64,000 bases of DNA, taken from IMG/VR virus record IMGVR_UViG_3300036781_000236, positions 23,999 to 87,998 of that record; one strand, written 5' to 3'. This DNA comes from a virus. Under the pieces are notes generated by a model, which searched no databases, was not told where the DNA came from, and saw only the letters and a list, made by a program, of their open reading frames with translations. A program made the position numbers and the translations under genes. How positions within the stretch are numbered: position 1 is the first letter of the stretch; each line of letters starts with the position of its first letter. Shown one piece after another: positions 39,561 to 48,575 of this stretch.

Positions 39561-42500
39561 TCACGGCTTCTCCGTCAACCGCGCCAGCAACTCACGAAGC
39601 CTGCGCTCGCTCTGCTTACCTTGATGGCCCTTGCTGAGAACGTGTCGTACCGTCTGGATGGCGTCATCCCGCGCATCGCGCAAAGGGGTCGTTTCGTCGC
39701 GGTACCAATCCATGTACCGACCGGCCTTCTCTTTCCAGCGGTCGCGTTCGGTGCAGGCGGCTGCTAGCTCAACCAACAACGCATCGAGCGCCCTGAACGC
39801 AGCGGCACGAGGCCCAACTCCAGCCTCATTGCGGTCTGTTCCTCCCGAGCCAGAACGAAGTTCCGACCGGATCGCGTCGATGTGTGCCTGCGTGTCTGTT
39901 GGGAATCCGCCGCTCACTGCTTCTCCTTCGGCAGCACCAACGCATCAACTTCGGGGTCAGAGTCGGGAGTCGGCTCCGCCTCCGGAGTACCGCCCAGAAC
40001 CTTGAACTCGCTCGGTGAGTACCAACCGAACACTTCCTCATCGTTCGCGAGCCATGCAAAAACCTTTGCCTTAGGGCGGCTCCCGATCATCGTCTTCTTG
40101 ACCGTCGCGTATTTCCCAGCGTGACTCGACATCAAGATCAACACAGACATGCCCGCTTCCGGAACATCACCCATCCCGCTCACTGCTGCTTCCCTCCACT
40201 ACGAGCGTCGCGCATGACGGAGTCGTCCGTAGCGCACGTCCACCTGAGGAAGCTGATCCTGTCCGGAGACCGGTCGTAGAGTTCGGTGACGCAGGCGGGG
40301 CATAGGACGCCTGGCGCGGCCTCGCCGTCGAGCGCCCGCGTGTATCCCGTGACCGCCGTCCAGATCGCGTCGGGGACATGGAAGACGAGCCGTACGCGGC
40401 CGCCGCACCGCCCACAAATCTCGGTCTCGTGGCCGCGTGCTGTCCAGTAGAGGCAGCGCAGCCGTGCGAGCCGCAGACGGTACGGCGGCCAGTCACGGCC
40501 ACGAAGCGCGGTGCGTGCGAGAACGAAGCGTGTGGGAAGCCAGAAGCGGTAGCTACCGTCAGGCAGGAGCCCGAATCCGAACGGAAAGCCCTGCGGCGCC
40601 TCAGCCATGGTGGTCTCCGTCCTCACCAGGAACGTCGCCGGCCCACTGGCGACATTTAGAGCAGTAGGCGCGGTAGTACTCGTGGTCATCGCAGGACTCC
40701 AGACCTCCAAGCGCCACCGGCTCGGTCGAATCCGGGAACCGAACGCAGTAGCACTCCGAGCCGTCAGGTGCTGCTCCGGCGCACATACCGCCAGCCGAAT
40801 GACGTTCGCGCGGATGGCCGCAGCTCGGGCAATCTCCCTTCAGATGCCTAGCCACGGTTGTCTCCCTGCTCGCCCTTCGGGGCTTCCGGAGGAACCGCCG
40901 CGAAGACGACGGGTTGTGACGCCTCAACGCGAACGGCCGCCCCGAGCCGTTCCAGCAGCCTCTTCCGCTTCTGAGCGCCTGAGCGCGACAGGTACAGCGC
41001 CCGCGTGGGCCACGTGAACTCCGGCTCGATCTCCTCCGGGTCTGGCCCTGGCGCGTACTCGTACCCGTAGAGAATCCGGTGCCAGTCCTCGGGAGGTTCT
41101 GGCTGGCTCTCGTAGACGAGCTTGTAGACGCGCACGTCGCTCATGCCTTGTCTCCCCATCCGAGGAGGAACCGCTCGATCTCATCGGTAAGAGAATGTGG
41201 AAACTCGCTGTTACCGTCGATGTCTAGTGCTTTGCGAAGTAGTTCGGCGGCTTCCGGTGGAACAGACACCGCAGCGAACGGGACGGCTGTCGCATTGAGC
41301 GCCGCTCCGCACTCGGCGGTTGCCCGTGAGAGACGTGCGGCCTCAGCGTCGGCGGGGCGACCTGTCCCGTTCGGGTACTCCGTGTTCAGGAAGTCGTTGG
41401 CGACCTCAGTCAAACATCGGGCTGCTTCAAGCGCTGCCCGGTCGGTGGCTTGTACAGGAGAAGACACCGCAGCGAGGGCGTCGAGCACGGCCATCACGTC
41501 CCGGTAGAACGCGACGCTCTCTGGCCCGCTGTTCCGGTCGAGGCACCGCTGCGAATGAGACCGCAACCGCTCGGTGGCTTCTGACGGAAGCAGCGAACCA
41601 GCAGAGCCAGAATCGGGAGTCGGCGCAAGCGCCTCCGGTGTGACGGCAGCGGCATCGGGAGATGGGTGACCGTGACGTTCACAGAGCAGTCCGTCGGGAA
41701 GCTGGCCTCCGCGCCCATGCTCGCCGCACGTTGGGAATCCGCAGATCGCGACCCATTGGTCATGGCCGCACTCGCTGATCGCGGGACGGCCGCACGAACA
41801 GATACCTCGGTCACTCATGGCTCGCCTCTTCTGCTGTTACACGGGCGTCCCCGACGCCTCCCAGAACTTCGTCTGTGTCCATCTCGACGTGCTCGGGCAG
41901 GTGCATGAAGTCGCCTGGCTGCGGCTCGGGTGGTGTTGATGGGACACCAGCAGCAGAGGAAGATGGCCCGGCTTTAGGTACCGGGCCGTGAGCGCCTGAC
42001 CCCAGGGGGTCTTCATCAGCGCAACCAACCTCAGCAACAGCAAGAGCAGCTTCGATCTCCTGTCCGCGCTTGATATGAACCTCTGACGGCTTGCGGTCGA
42101 ACGCGACGTGTGGAGCAAGAGCAGCAAGGGCGATCTTGCGAACCTCCGCGAGGCAATAGCTCGCGTCGTCGTCCGGATCGACCTGGAATCCAAAGATCTC
42201 GCTGAGTGCTTCGCGTAGCTGAGCGATGATGCCCTCGGCCGCGTACCACTGATCGCACACGTCCTGAAAGTCTTCGTACGTGACGCGGCTGTCGCGTTCC
42301 TCGGTGAGGGAAACGACCAGCGCCTCAGCCGCTTCCGCCCGCTCGATGAACGGAAGCTGCACGTACCCGTAGGCCGTCGAGCCGAGGTAGCCATCGAGGC
42401 TCTGCACCCAGTTCGTGAGACCGCGCTTCTCCATCTCGCCGCGCGTGCGTTCGTAGTCCGTGGTTGGCATCCAGTCGTCGCCCCGTAGCGTCGCGTTCTC

Positions 42501-43565
42501 CTCAAGCAACGCATCCACCGCCCGGAGCCCCTTCAGAACGTCATCGGGACGCGCCGCGCGACTCATCGCTGCCTTCGCTGTCTCGGCGTGTGTGGATACG
42601 TCACTCACCGAACAGCCCCCGAACCAACTTCGGGAGTCGCCTGACGGCTCCGAGTAGAGGCAGTGGCGGTGGTCGTGAGAATCTGGTCGATAGAGTCGCG
42701 AAGCTGCCGGGCTTCGGTGTGGCTCAGATAGACCTCAACGCGGGCGCTGCCGTATTCACGCTCGATCAGAACACGTACGTAGTTGCCTGAGGGAGAAGCG
42801 CCGCAGTAGCCACGCAGCCACTTCGAGACACGCGCACCGCTCACTGCTGCTCACCTCCGTTGCTTTCACTCGGACGCAGAGCGTCTCCAAGCTGTTCGTT
42901 TGGCTGTCCGGGTTCTTCTGTGAAGGGACGAAGCGCGTCGCGAAGCTCGCAGGCTGCTGCATCGAGGGCCTCGTCATGGTCGAAGCTGCCGCGCGCCTCG
43001 GTGAGGTCATCGAGGCTTCGCGCGGCTTTGACGGCGCGAACAAATGCCCGCAACTCCTCTGAGTGCATCTGCACCCACCAGCAGTCAGGTTCGGCCAGAC
43101 GCTCGATGCGTTCTAGGTCGATCCGAACAACAGAAGTCACGACGCACGCCCTGACTGAGGCGGGATCTTGTGGAAGGTCATCTTCTCGGCCGCGACCACC
43201 CAACGAAGATCGCCAGTGAGCGTGACTACATCGCTGTACGCGGGCTTGCCGTCTTCGCGGTCGCCCTCTTCCCCGATTGCGCCGGAGAAGGTCTTCGTCG
43301 TTCCGGCGGACTGGTACGGACAGGTGATCCGCCAAACACCGAACTCGTCGTACCGGATCGCGAGCACGGTCCCGTCTCCGAAGATCAGCCAGGTGTCCTG
43401 GTCGTCGCTGTCGGGGTTGAACTCCTCGCTGAGGCTTCCCTCGACCTCGATCAGATCGTCGGAGTATCCGTAGACGGTCACCGTGGACAGTCCGGGTGCC
43501 TCCACTACGGGCGTCGTGACGCCCTCCAAGCTGTTGCCCTGTTCGCTGTCTGTCTTCTCGTTCAC
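39561..43565 (-). CDS. Chain of about 10 translationally coupled small hypothetical genes
   Basis: GTGA/ATGA overlaps (e.g. 39914-40183, 40848-41144, 41141-41818, 41811-42608, 42605-42844, 43137-43565). Confidence 0.55.
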
Positions 43566-43693
43566 TGCTCACCCTCCAATGCTCGAAAATATTGGGAAGC
43601 CATCACGGATGGCTCGTAGTAGAACCCGCGCTCTTTATCCCACTTCGTTCCTGTCCAGTCCTCGTAACTGTCCAGCGAAGGCAAGGAACTCAT

Positions 43694-43811
43694 GGAGCAG
43701 GGACAGTGGAGGAATCGAACCTCACCGCGGCCATGCATCACAGGCGGTGTCGAAGCCGCCGCATCCCTGCCGGGAAGGCGCAACCATGCGCGTCTGATCC
43801 ATCCCTGCTCC
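43694..43811 (-). ncRNA. tRNA-like RNA 2 (118-nt core)
   Basis: 13-bp closing stem GGAGCAGGGATGG/CTGTCCCTGCTCC; T-arm GAGG-TTCGATT-CCTC; internal hairpins GCGCA-TGGT-TGCGC, TCCC-GGCA-GGGA, GGCGG-CTTCGACA-CCGCC. Confidence 0.55.
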
Positions 43812-43848
43812 ATCAACTCTCTCTTGGTGTAAGAACAGAAGGACTCAC

Positions 43849-43966
43849 GGAGCAGGCGGCGGCGGGATTCGAACCCGCGGGCTGGGGCACCCATAACCCC
43901 AGCAGAATCATCGACGGGTTGATCGAGTCTCCCGTTGTGGCCGCTTCGGGTACACCGCGCTGCTCC
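43849..43966 (-). ncRNA. tRNA-like RNA 1 (118-nt core)
   Basis: GGAGCAG-C-GCGGTG/CGCCGC-CTGCTCC stem, D-arm CCCG-AAGCGGCCACAA-CGGG, abnormal anticodon arm, 7-bp variable stem, T-arm GCGGG-TTCGAAT-CCCGC. Confidence 0.65.
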
Positions 43967-43986
43967 ATCAGTCCTCCACCCATCAC

Positions 43987-44205
43987 TTATGCCTGAGCCC
44001 GCATCTTCCGCGCCTCGCGCATGATCTTCCGTACAGCTGCGTTGTCGTAGGATTCGATGTCCCACTCCTCGCCGCCGTAGTCCTTGCAGAAGCGGTCGAT
44101 GAACTCCTCAGTGGAGAGCCGTTCGTCACCGAACCAGTCGAGGGTATTTAGGATCATCGGCTCCATTTCTGGGGTGATGTCCTCGGCTGTGGTGAGCACT
44201 CTCAT
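43987..44205 (-). CDS. Hypothetical protein, leaderless
   Basis: ATG 6 nt after TACGAT. Confidence 0.65.
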   Translation of the reverse strand: MRVLTTAEDITPEMEPMILNTLDWFGDERLSTEEFIDRFCKDYGGEEWDIESYDNAAVRKIMREARKMRAQA

Positions 44206-44282
44206 ACCCCCATCGTATAGCAGGGTAGCGGCATGTCAAGTCTCAACCTTAGGTCGAGGCCCGTCACGCGGGCGTGACGGGC
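44203..44282 (-). promoter_or_regulatory. Leaderless promoter with A, C and B motifs
   Basis: 24-bp near-palindrome GCCCGTCACGCGGGCGTGACGGGC, CTCAACC-tta-GGTCGAG, TTGACA-16-TACGAT. Confidence 0.8.
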
Positions 44283-44287
44283 GTGGC

Positions 44288-45007
44288 TTATCCGGTGGTG
44301 GGCTTGTTGCCCTTCTTGCGGTTCTTGATGTAGACCGCGTACCGCAACCACCAACTCGGCGGGATAACCTTCGGCACCGAGGGACGCACCTTCTTCGCGC
44401 TCTTCCCGTAGGGCTTCCAGTCCCCTTCACCCAGCCGCCACGCGACCCACGCGAACCACCCAGTGCGGGCACGCAGCTTGTCTTGCGGGGTCGGCACATA
44501 TTTCGGGACAGGCAGACGGAGGTACTGCGCGACACGGCCGTCCTGGGACAGCCGATACGTGTTCGGGGCACCCTGATGACCAAACGACCACAGCAACGGG
44601 TCGACGCCAGCTTCGAGCACCATCGCGGCGTGCTCGTCCCCGTCGGGTCCGAACGTCACGACATCACCGACCAGCAAATCGCTAGGACTGTCGAGGTGCT
44701 GCAAGTTGAGCCACAGCGTGTAGCTGTTCCCTCCCGTACCGAAACCGTTCCCCATCGGGTCAACGCACCCAGGCACCCACCAGCTAAGAAACTGGACGCC
44801 CTTCGAGCAGTCGCCAACCACCTTTGAGCCGGGCACGTACTTCCGTCCTGTGGTTGGCATCGCGCACGGACGCGCAGCGAGGTACGTCCAGTCGTGATTC
44901 GTGGTCTCGTCCGCCAGGGTGGCGCGCATCACTGCTTCCAGCTGCTTCCGGATATCGGGTGTCGCTGCCTTCGGGGCAGCCTTCTTCTTCGGGGCGGGCT
45001 TCGTCAC
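44288..45007 (-). CDS. Endolysin candidate, NlpC/P60-like peptidase
   Basis: GDCSKG (Cys), GNSYT, GDVVTFG..EHAAMV (His); adjacent to holin-like gene. Confidence 0.65.
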   Translation of the reverse strand: MTKPAPKKKAAPKAATPDIRKQLEAVMRATLADETTNHDWTYLAARPCAMPTTGRKYVPGSKVVGDCSKGVQFLSWWVPGCVDPMGNGFGTGGNSYTLWLNLQHLDSPSDLLVGDVVTFGPDGDEHAAMVLEAGVDPLLWSFGHQGAPNTYRLSQDGRVAQYLRLPVPKYVPTPQDKLRARTGWFAWVAWRLGEGDWKPYGKSAKKVRPSVPKVIPPSWWLRYAVYIKNRKKGNKPTTG

Positions 45008-45231
45008 TTGCCGATGAGCTTGTCGTGTCCTGCGATCTGCACCGTCGCGCGTGCCGTCACCTCACGGGACTCGTACCATGACACCGCCAGAGCGAGCGCG
45101 GTAGTAGTGACACCAACGAACGCGAGGATGGCGTCCTGCTGCGCCTGGCTGATGCTCACCCCGAACGACACCGCCAACGTGAGTCCGTCAGCGACGACAG
45201 CGAGAATCACGGCTTTCACAGTGCTCGACAT
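45004..45231 (-). CDS. Holin-like membrane protein
   Basis: Two hydrophobic helices, LAVSFGVSISQAQQDAI, C-terminal R..VT. Confidence 0.65.
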   Translation of the reverse strand: MSSTVKAVILAVVADGLTLAVSFGVSISQAQQDAILAFVGVTTTALALAVSWYESREVTARATVQIAGHDKLIGK

Positions 45232-45260
45232 TACGTGTCCATCTCCTTGATCACCTCCGG

Positions 45261-46037
45261 TTAGAGTGCTGCAAGATCGGCTTGCAAAGCCGCCAGGTCG
45301 AACCCTGCTGGTGTCGCGCCCTGCGCGTCCAGCCAGTCACGGGACAGTAGCGCGTACGCTTCGTCAACGTAGGTGTGCAGGAACGCGGTCGTCATCTTCA
45401 GCGTGCCGCCCCACGTCACGACCGTGAACGTGTCCGGGTCGTACCCCACGATAGGGATAGCGTGGCCGCCCCACGAACCCGGTTCCGCGTCCTTCACGGC
45501 CACGTCCCATTCGTGCTGGCCCTGCGCGGACAGCGGTAGCGCCGCACCGATGTACAGGCCGCCGAACACCGCCGTGGCTTGCTTCACGAGGTTCGTGTCA
45601 CGCAAGCTCACTTTCGCGTATCCGACGATCCTGTCGCCGCCGAAACCGACGTTGCGCCACTGGTTCAGCACGTCGAGTTCGACACGTCCGGTGTCGGTGG
45701 GGCCACCAGGCTGGCATGGCTCATTCGGCGGTGCGCCGGTCGCCCAGTACAAGCCGAGCACGTCACCGTCGGTGGGAGTGACGAGGGTGTTCGCGTTCGC
45801 GGTCCACGCCTGCACCATGTGACCGGCGGCGGCGGCGGTACAGTCACCGAGCTTCTCGTTGCCGTACATCGGCCACGATCCCACCTTAGCCGTCATGTCG
45901 AACACAGCTGGGGCCGGGGGCAACTCCGCGTGGGTGTAGCTGGTGAGCATCACCGTGCGCGGGTCTTCGCGGGGCGGGAGCGCACCGAGAGGCAAGTGAG
46001 CGAACGAGCCGTGCTCCGCAAGCACAGGGTGCGTCAC
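45261..46037 (-). CDS. Papain-like cysteine peptidase
   Basis: MYGNEKLGDCTAAAAGH, WGGHAIPIVGYD, VVTWG. Confidence 0.75.
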   Translation of the reverse strand: MTHPVLAEHGSFAHLPLGALPPREDPRTVMLTSYTHAELPPAPAVFDMTAKVGSWPMYGNEKLGDCTAAAAGHMVQAWTANANTLVTPTDGDVLGLYWATGAPPNEPCQPGGPTDTGRVELDVLNQWRNVGFGGDRIVGYAKVSLRDTNLVKQATAVFGGLYIGAALPLSAQGQHEWDVAVKDAEPGSWGGHAIPIVGYDPDTFTVVTWGGTLKMTTAFLHTYVDEAYALLSRDWLDAQGATPAGFDLAALQADLAAL

Positions 46038-46548
46038 GCGGCGATATCCTCGCACTCGCACTTCACAACCAGCCACTGGCCGCGTCTACCCACTACCGTA
46101 GCGACTCCTTCAAGGATCTCTCTTGTCCTGGTTAGAAGCGGGTCAGTCGTCGCTGGTGGAAGGGTGTCGTCGCTGGTCACGTCTTTGTCGTGAAGCATGG
46201 CGCTCATGCAGTCGCGAACTCCTTCGTCTTGCAATCGCACGGGCCGTTCGGGAACGCTGGCTCGTTATGAACCGAGCAGTCAGACGCATGCATCACACCA
46301 CTGACGCAGGCAGCGCACTGGCATCCCGATGCGATTTCCTTCGTGTCGCACTTGCAGTCCCCACCACACGGGCAAGCCTCGGCCTGCTCGCTGGTGGCGC
46401 GGTACCGGGCGATCACATCCGCGATGTCACGGAGCAGCACCTCGATACGCTCCAGCCCGTCATCGAGCGGCTGCATGTCTGGTGCGATCCGCACCGACGC
46501 AGTAGCGATTGGCTGACCCATCGCGCCGAATCGTAGCGTGCTATACGG

Positions 46549-46782
46549 TCATCGCCCAAGCTTGTGGCCATGGCTGTGATGCGAACGGCACGCCGGGAAC
46601 CCATGCTCCGTGTCCGTGTGCCCGATCCGCCAGCAGCCACGCTGATGGCAGGTGTGCTTCCGCCACAACATCCACACCCCCACCACGAGCGGCAGTTCAC
46701 CGAGGTCACCGAGCACCCCGCCGTAGAGGCTTGCGCCGTTCGCTGAGAGCGGGTGGAGGAACGCATGCCACGCTGACCCCAT
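46549..46782 (-). CDS. Small membrane protein with Cys/His tail
   Basis: Hydrophobic segment then CHQRGCWRIG...CRSHH. Confidence 0.55.
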   Translation of the reverse strand: MGSAWHAFLHPLSANGASLYGGVLGDLGELPLVVGVWMLWRKHTCHQRGCWRIGHTDTEHGFPACRSHHSHGHKLGR

Positions 46783-46812
46783 ACCCCTAGTGTGCGCAGC
46801 GAAGCGGACGGG

Positions 46813-47277
46813 CTAGTCGTCGTCCAAGGGTGGCAACAACATCTCCATCAGATCCGCAACTGGGCCTCGGCGGTAGTCCACCGCGTCCGTTCCCTTCGAA
46901 GAGTTACACGGCGTGCAAAGAGTCTGATAGTTGCTCATGTCATCACGTCCACCAACGTCAAGCGGCACAACGTGATCTATTGTCAGCCGTTCGGTAGACC
47001 CGCAGCGCAAGCACGCCTGCCCGTCACGGGCATATATAAGGTTTCGCACATCAGCCCTGATACCACGTCTAGGTGTCGGGGCAAGAACGGAATACGTCTC
47101 ATCTAACTTCGTGGCAGCAGAATGGAAAGAAAACAAAACGTCCTCAACCTCTTTCATTCTCTGTCCGTAGTCGAGGTGTTCGCTTTTGTCGGCGATGTCC
47201 ATGATCGTTCTTACGGCTACCTCTGCTACCGCCTTGTAGGCAACATCCGATTCTACGTACGCTGTAGGTCTCGTCAC
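46813..47277 (-). CDS. HNH endonuclease
   Basis: RDGQACLRCG..LTIDHVVP..GG...N.QTLC..CNSSKG. Confidence 0.85.
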   Translation of the reverse strand: MTRPTAYVESDVAYKAVAEVAVRTIMDIADKSEHLDYGQRMKEVEDVLFSFHSAATKLDETYSVLAPTPRRGIRADVRNLIYARDGQACLRCGSTERLTIDHVVPLDVGGRDDMSNYQTLCTPCNSSKGTDAVDYRRGPVADLMEMLLPPLDDD

Positions 47278-47534
47278 TTAGGCACGATTCCGCATCGCTT
47301 GCAGTACACACCCGAGCGGTGACGGTACTCGGCGTCACACACCACTGTCTTGCCGCCACGGGTTCGCTTCGCTGTAGACGGCGCATGGACAGGCGGCATC
47401 TCCGCGCTGTCGAGATCGAGTACCCGATCCGCTGCACCACGTAGCCACTCCGCAAGCGTCACACCATCGGCTTTCGCTGCGGCCTTGTACGCGGCCATGC
47501 GTTCGTCGTCGGTCTTGAGGAGGTAGGTAGCCAC
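47274..47534 (-). CDS. Ribbon-helix-helix-like DNA-binding protein
   Basis: YLLKTDDERMAAYKAAAKADGVTLAEWLR. Confidence 0.6.
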   Translation of the reverse strand: MATYLLKTDDERMAAYKAAAKADGVTLAEWLRGAADRVLDLDSAEMPPVHAPSTAKRTRGGKTVVCDAEYRHRSGVYCKRCGIVPK

Positions 47535-47671
47535 GCCCCAGAAGTATATACGTTCGACTACGGAAGGGTGGCGGCTGCCGTCCACGGACAAGGCTCCCCG
47601 GGACCCGTGCCGTGCAAACACAGGTCGACCAGTGGATGTCGTGGTGGGCAGCAGCCGCCACTACCCGTAGG

Positions 47672-48196
47672 CTACCGCGTCAAGCGGCGGAGCGTGGCGA
47701 TAGCGCGCTGCGCGCGAACCAGATCGCGGCCTCGCATGACACGGATACGTTCGACCAGTGCTTCACGGTTCCGTACCTCCGCTTCCCATCGCTCCGTCAT
47801 CGCGCCCAACGCCATCACCAAGGACTGGATGCGGCGGCGGGACTCACGGTTCGACGCGCCATGCCCGAGTGCTTGCAGCGACAGCAGCTGGGCGCGCTGC
47901 TCCTTGATACGTCGTTCCAGGCGGTGCGCGTAGTTCTCCCACGTCTCCCCTGTCCGCATCTGGTGCTCCGGCATGAAGTCGCTGCCGTGACCGCTGACGG
48001 GGTTCGAGGACAAATGCCATCCTTCGCAAACCCGGCACACGTAGAAGTGCGTCTCGGCGTCCTTCCCGTCAGGGTGTTCTAGCCGGTAGCCACGCACCCG
48101 CACCAACGCGGCGAGCGCAGCGGCCTCGGTGTCGTACCTCACCTTGCCGGTGTTGCACCCGCCCGTCTCTGTCCGCTTACCCATAGCCGCCATCAT
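47672..48196 (-). CDS. Hypothetical zinc-finger/coiled-coil protein
   Basis: C.TGKVRY...Y.C..C.GWHLSS. Confidence 0.6.
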   Translation of the reverse strand: MMAAMGKRTETGGCNTGKVRYDTEAAALAALVRVRGYRLEHPDGKDAETHFYVCRVCEGWHLSSNPVSGHGSDFMPEHQMRTGETWENYAHRLERRIKEQRAQLLSLQALGHGASNRESRRRIQSLVMALGAMTERWEAEVRNREALVERIRVMRGRDLVRAQRAIATLRRLTR

Positions 48197-48237
48197 ATAG
48201 CAGGCTTTGTCACGCGCGCGTGACGGACATCAGACGC

Positions 48238-48265
48238 AATGCGGGCACCCGAAGGTGCCCGCATT
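48238..48265 (-). terminator. UUCG hairpin terminator
   Basis: 12-bp stem AATGCGGGCACC/GGTGCCCGCATT. Confidence 0.75.
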
Positions 48266-48296
48266 CTCAGACCCGCCCCGTGGTCAGCGTCAGATG

Positions 48297-48527
48297 TTAC
48301 TCGACGCCCAACTCCACCAGTTGCGCCCGCGCCTTCGCGGCACGCGCCTCGGCCTTCTCGATGCTCACGCGGAGCGCCGTAACGCTCAATCCGCGCAACG
48401 GCTGCGGCGGCAAACCCTCCGCGACACGTGCGTCACGAAGCAGACCGTCGTACTCCTCCGAGTGCGCCGTCTGCAACGCCTTCACCGCCGCCGCGCGTGC
48501 CGTCAATGCGCTCTTCGTACCAGCCAT
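48297..48527 (-). CDS. Small hypothetical protein
   Basis: RBS GAGG, followed by terminator. Confidence 0.65.
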   Translation of the reverse strand: MAGTKSALTARAAAVKALQTAHSEEYDGLLRDARVAEGLPPQPLRGLSVTALRVSIEKAEARAAKARAQLVELGVE

Positions 48528-48575
48528 AGTTCTGTACCTCTTTCGGTTCGGGGATACAACTAGGCGGACTCTACT

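Noticed and set aside
41990-42030. CTGATGA followed by a hairpin, resembling a hammerhead core
   Set aside because: The required GAAA after stem II is missing
39914-43600. Many genes ending in GEQ/GKQ/EKQ
   Set aside because: Explained by an overlapping RBS plus CAGTGA/CAATGA start-stop coupling, not a protein signal
43694-43966. Calling the two units ordinary tRNA genes
   Set aside because: No 7-nt anticodon loop and 3' ends are base-paired; reported as tRNA-like instead
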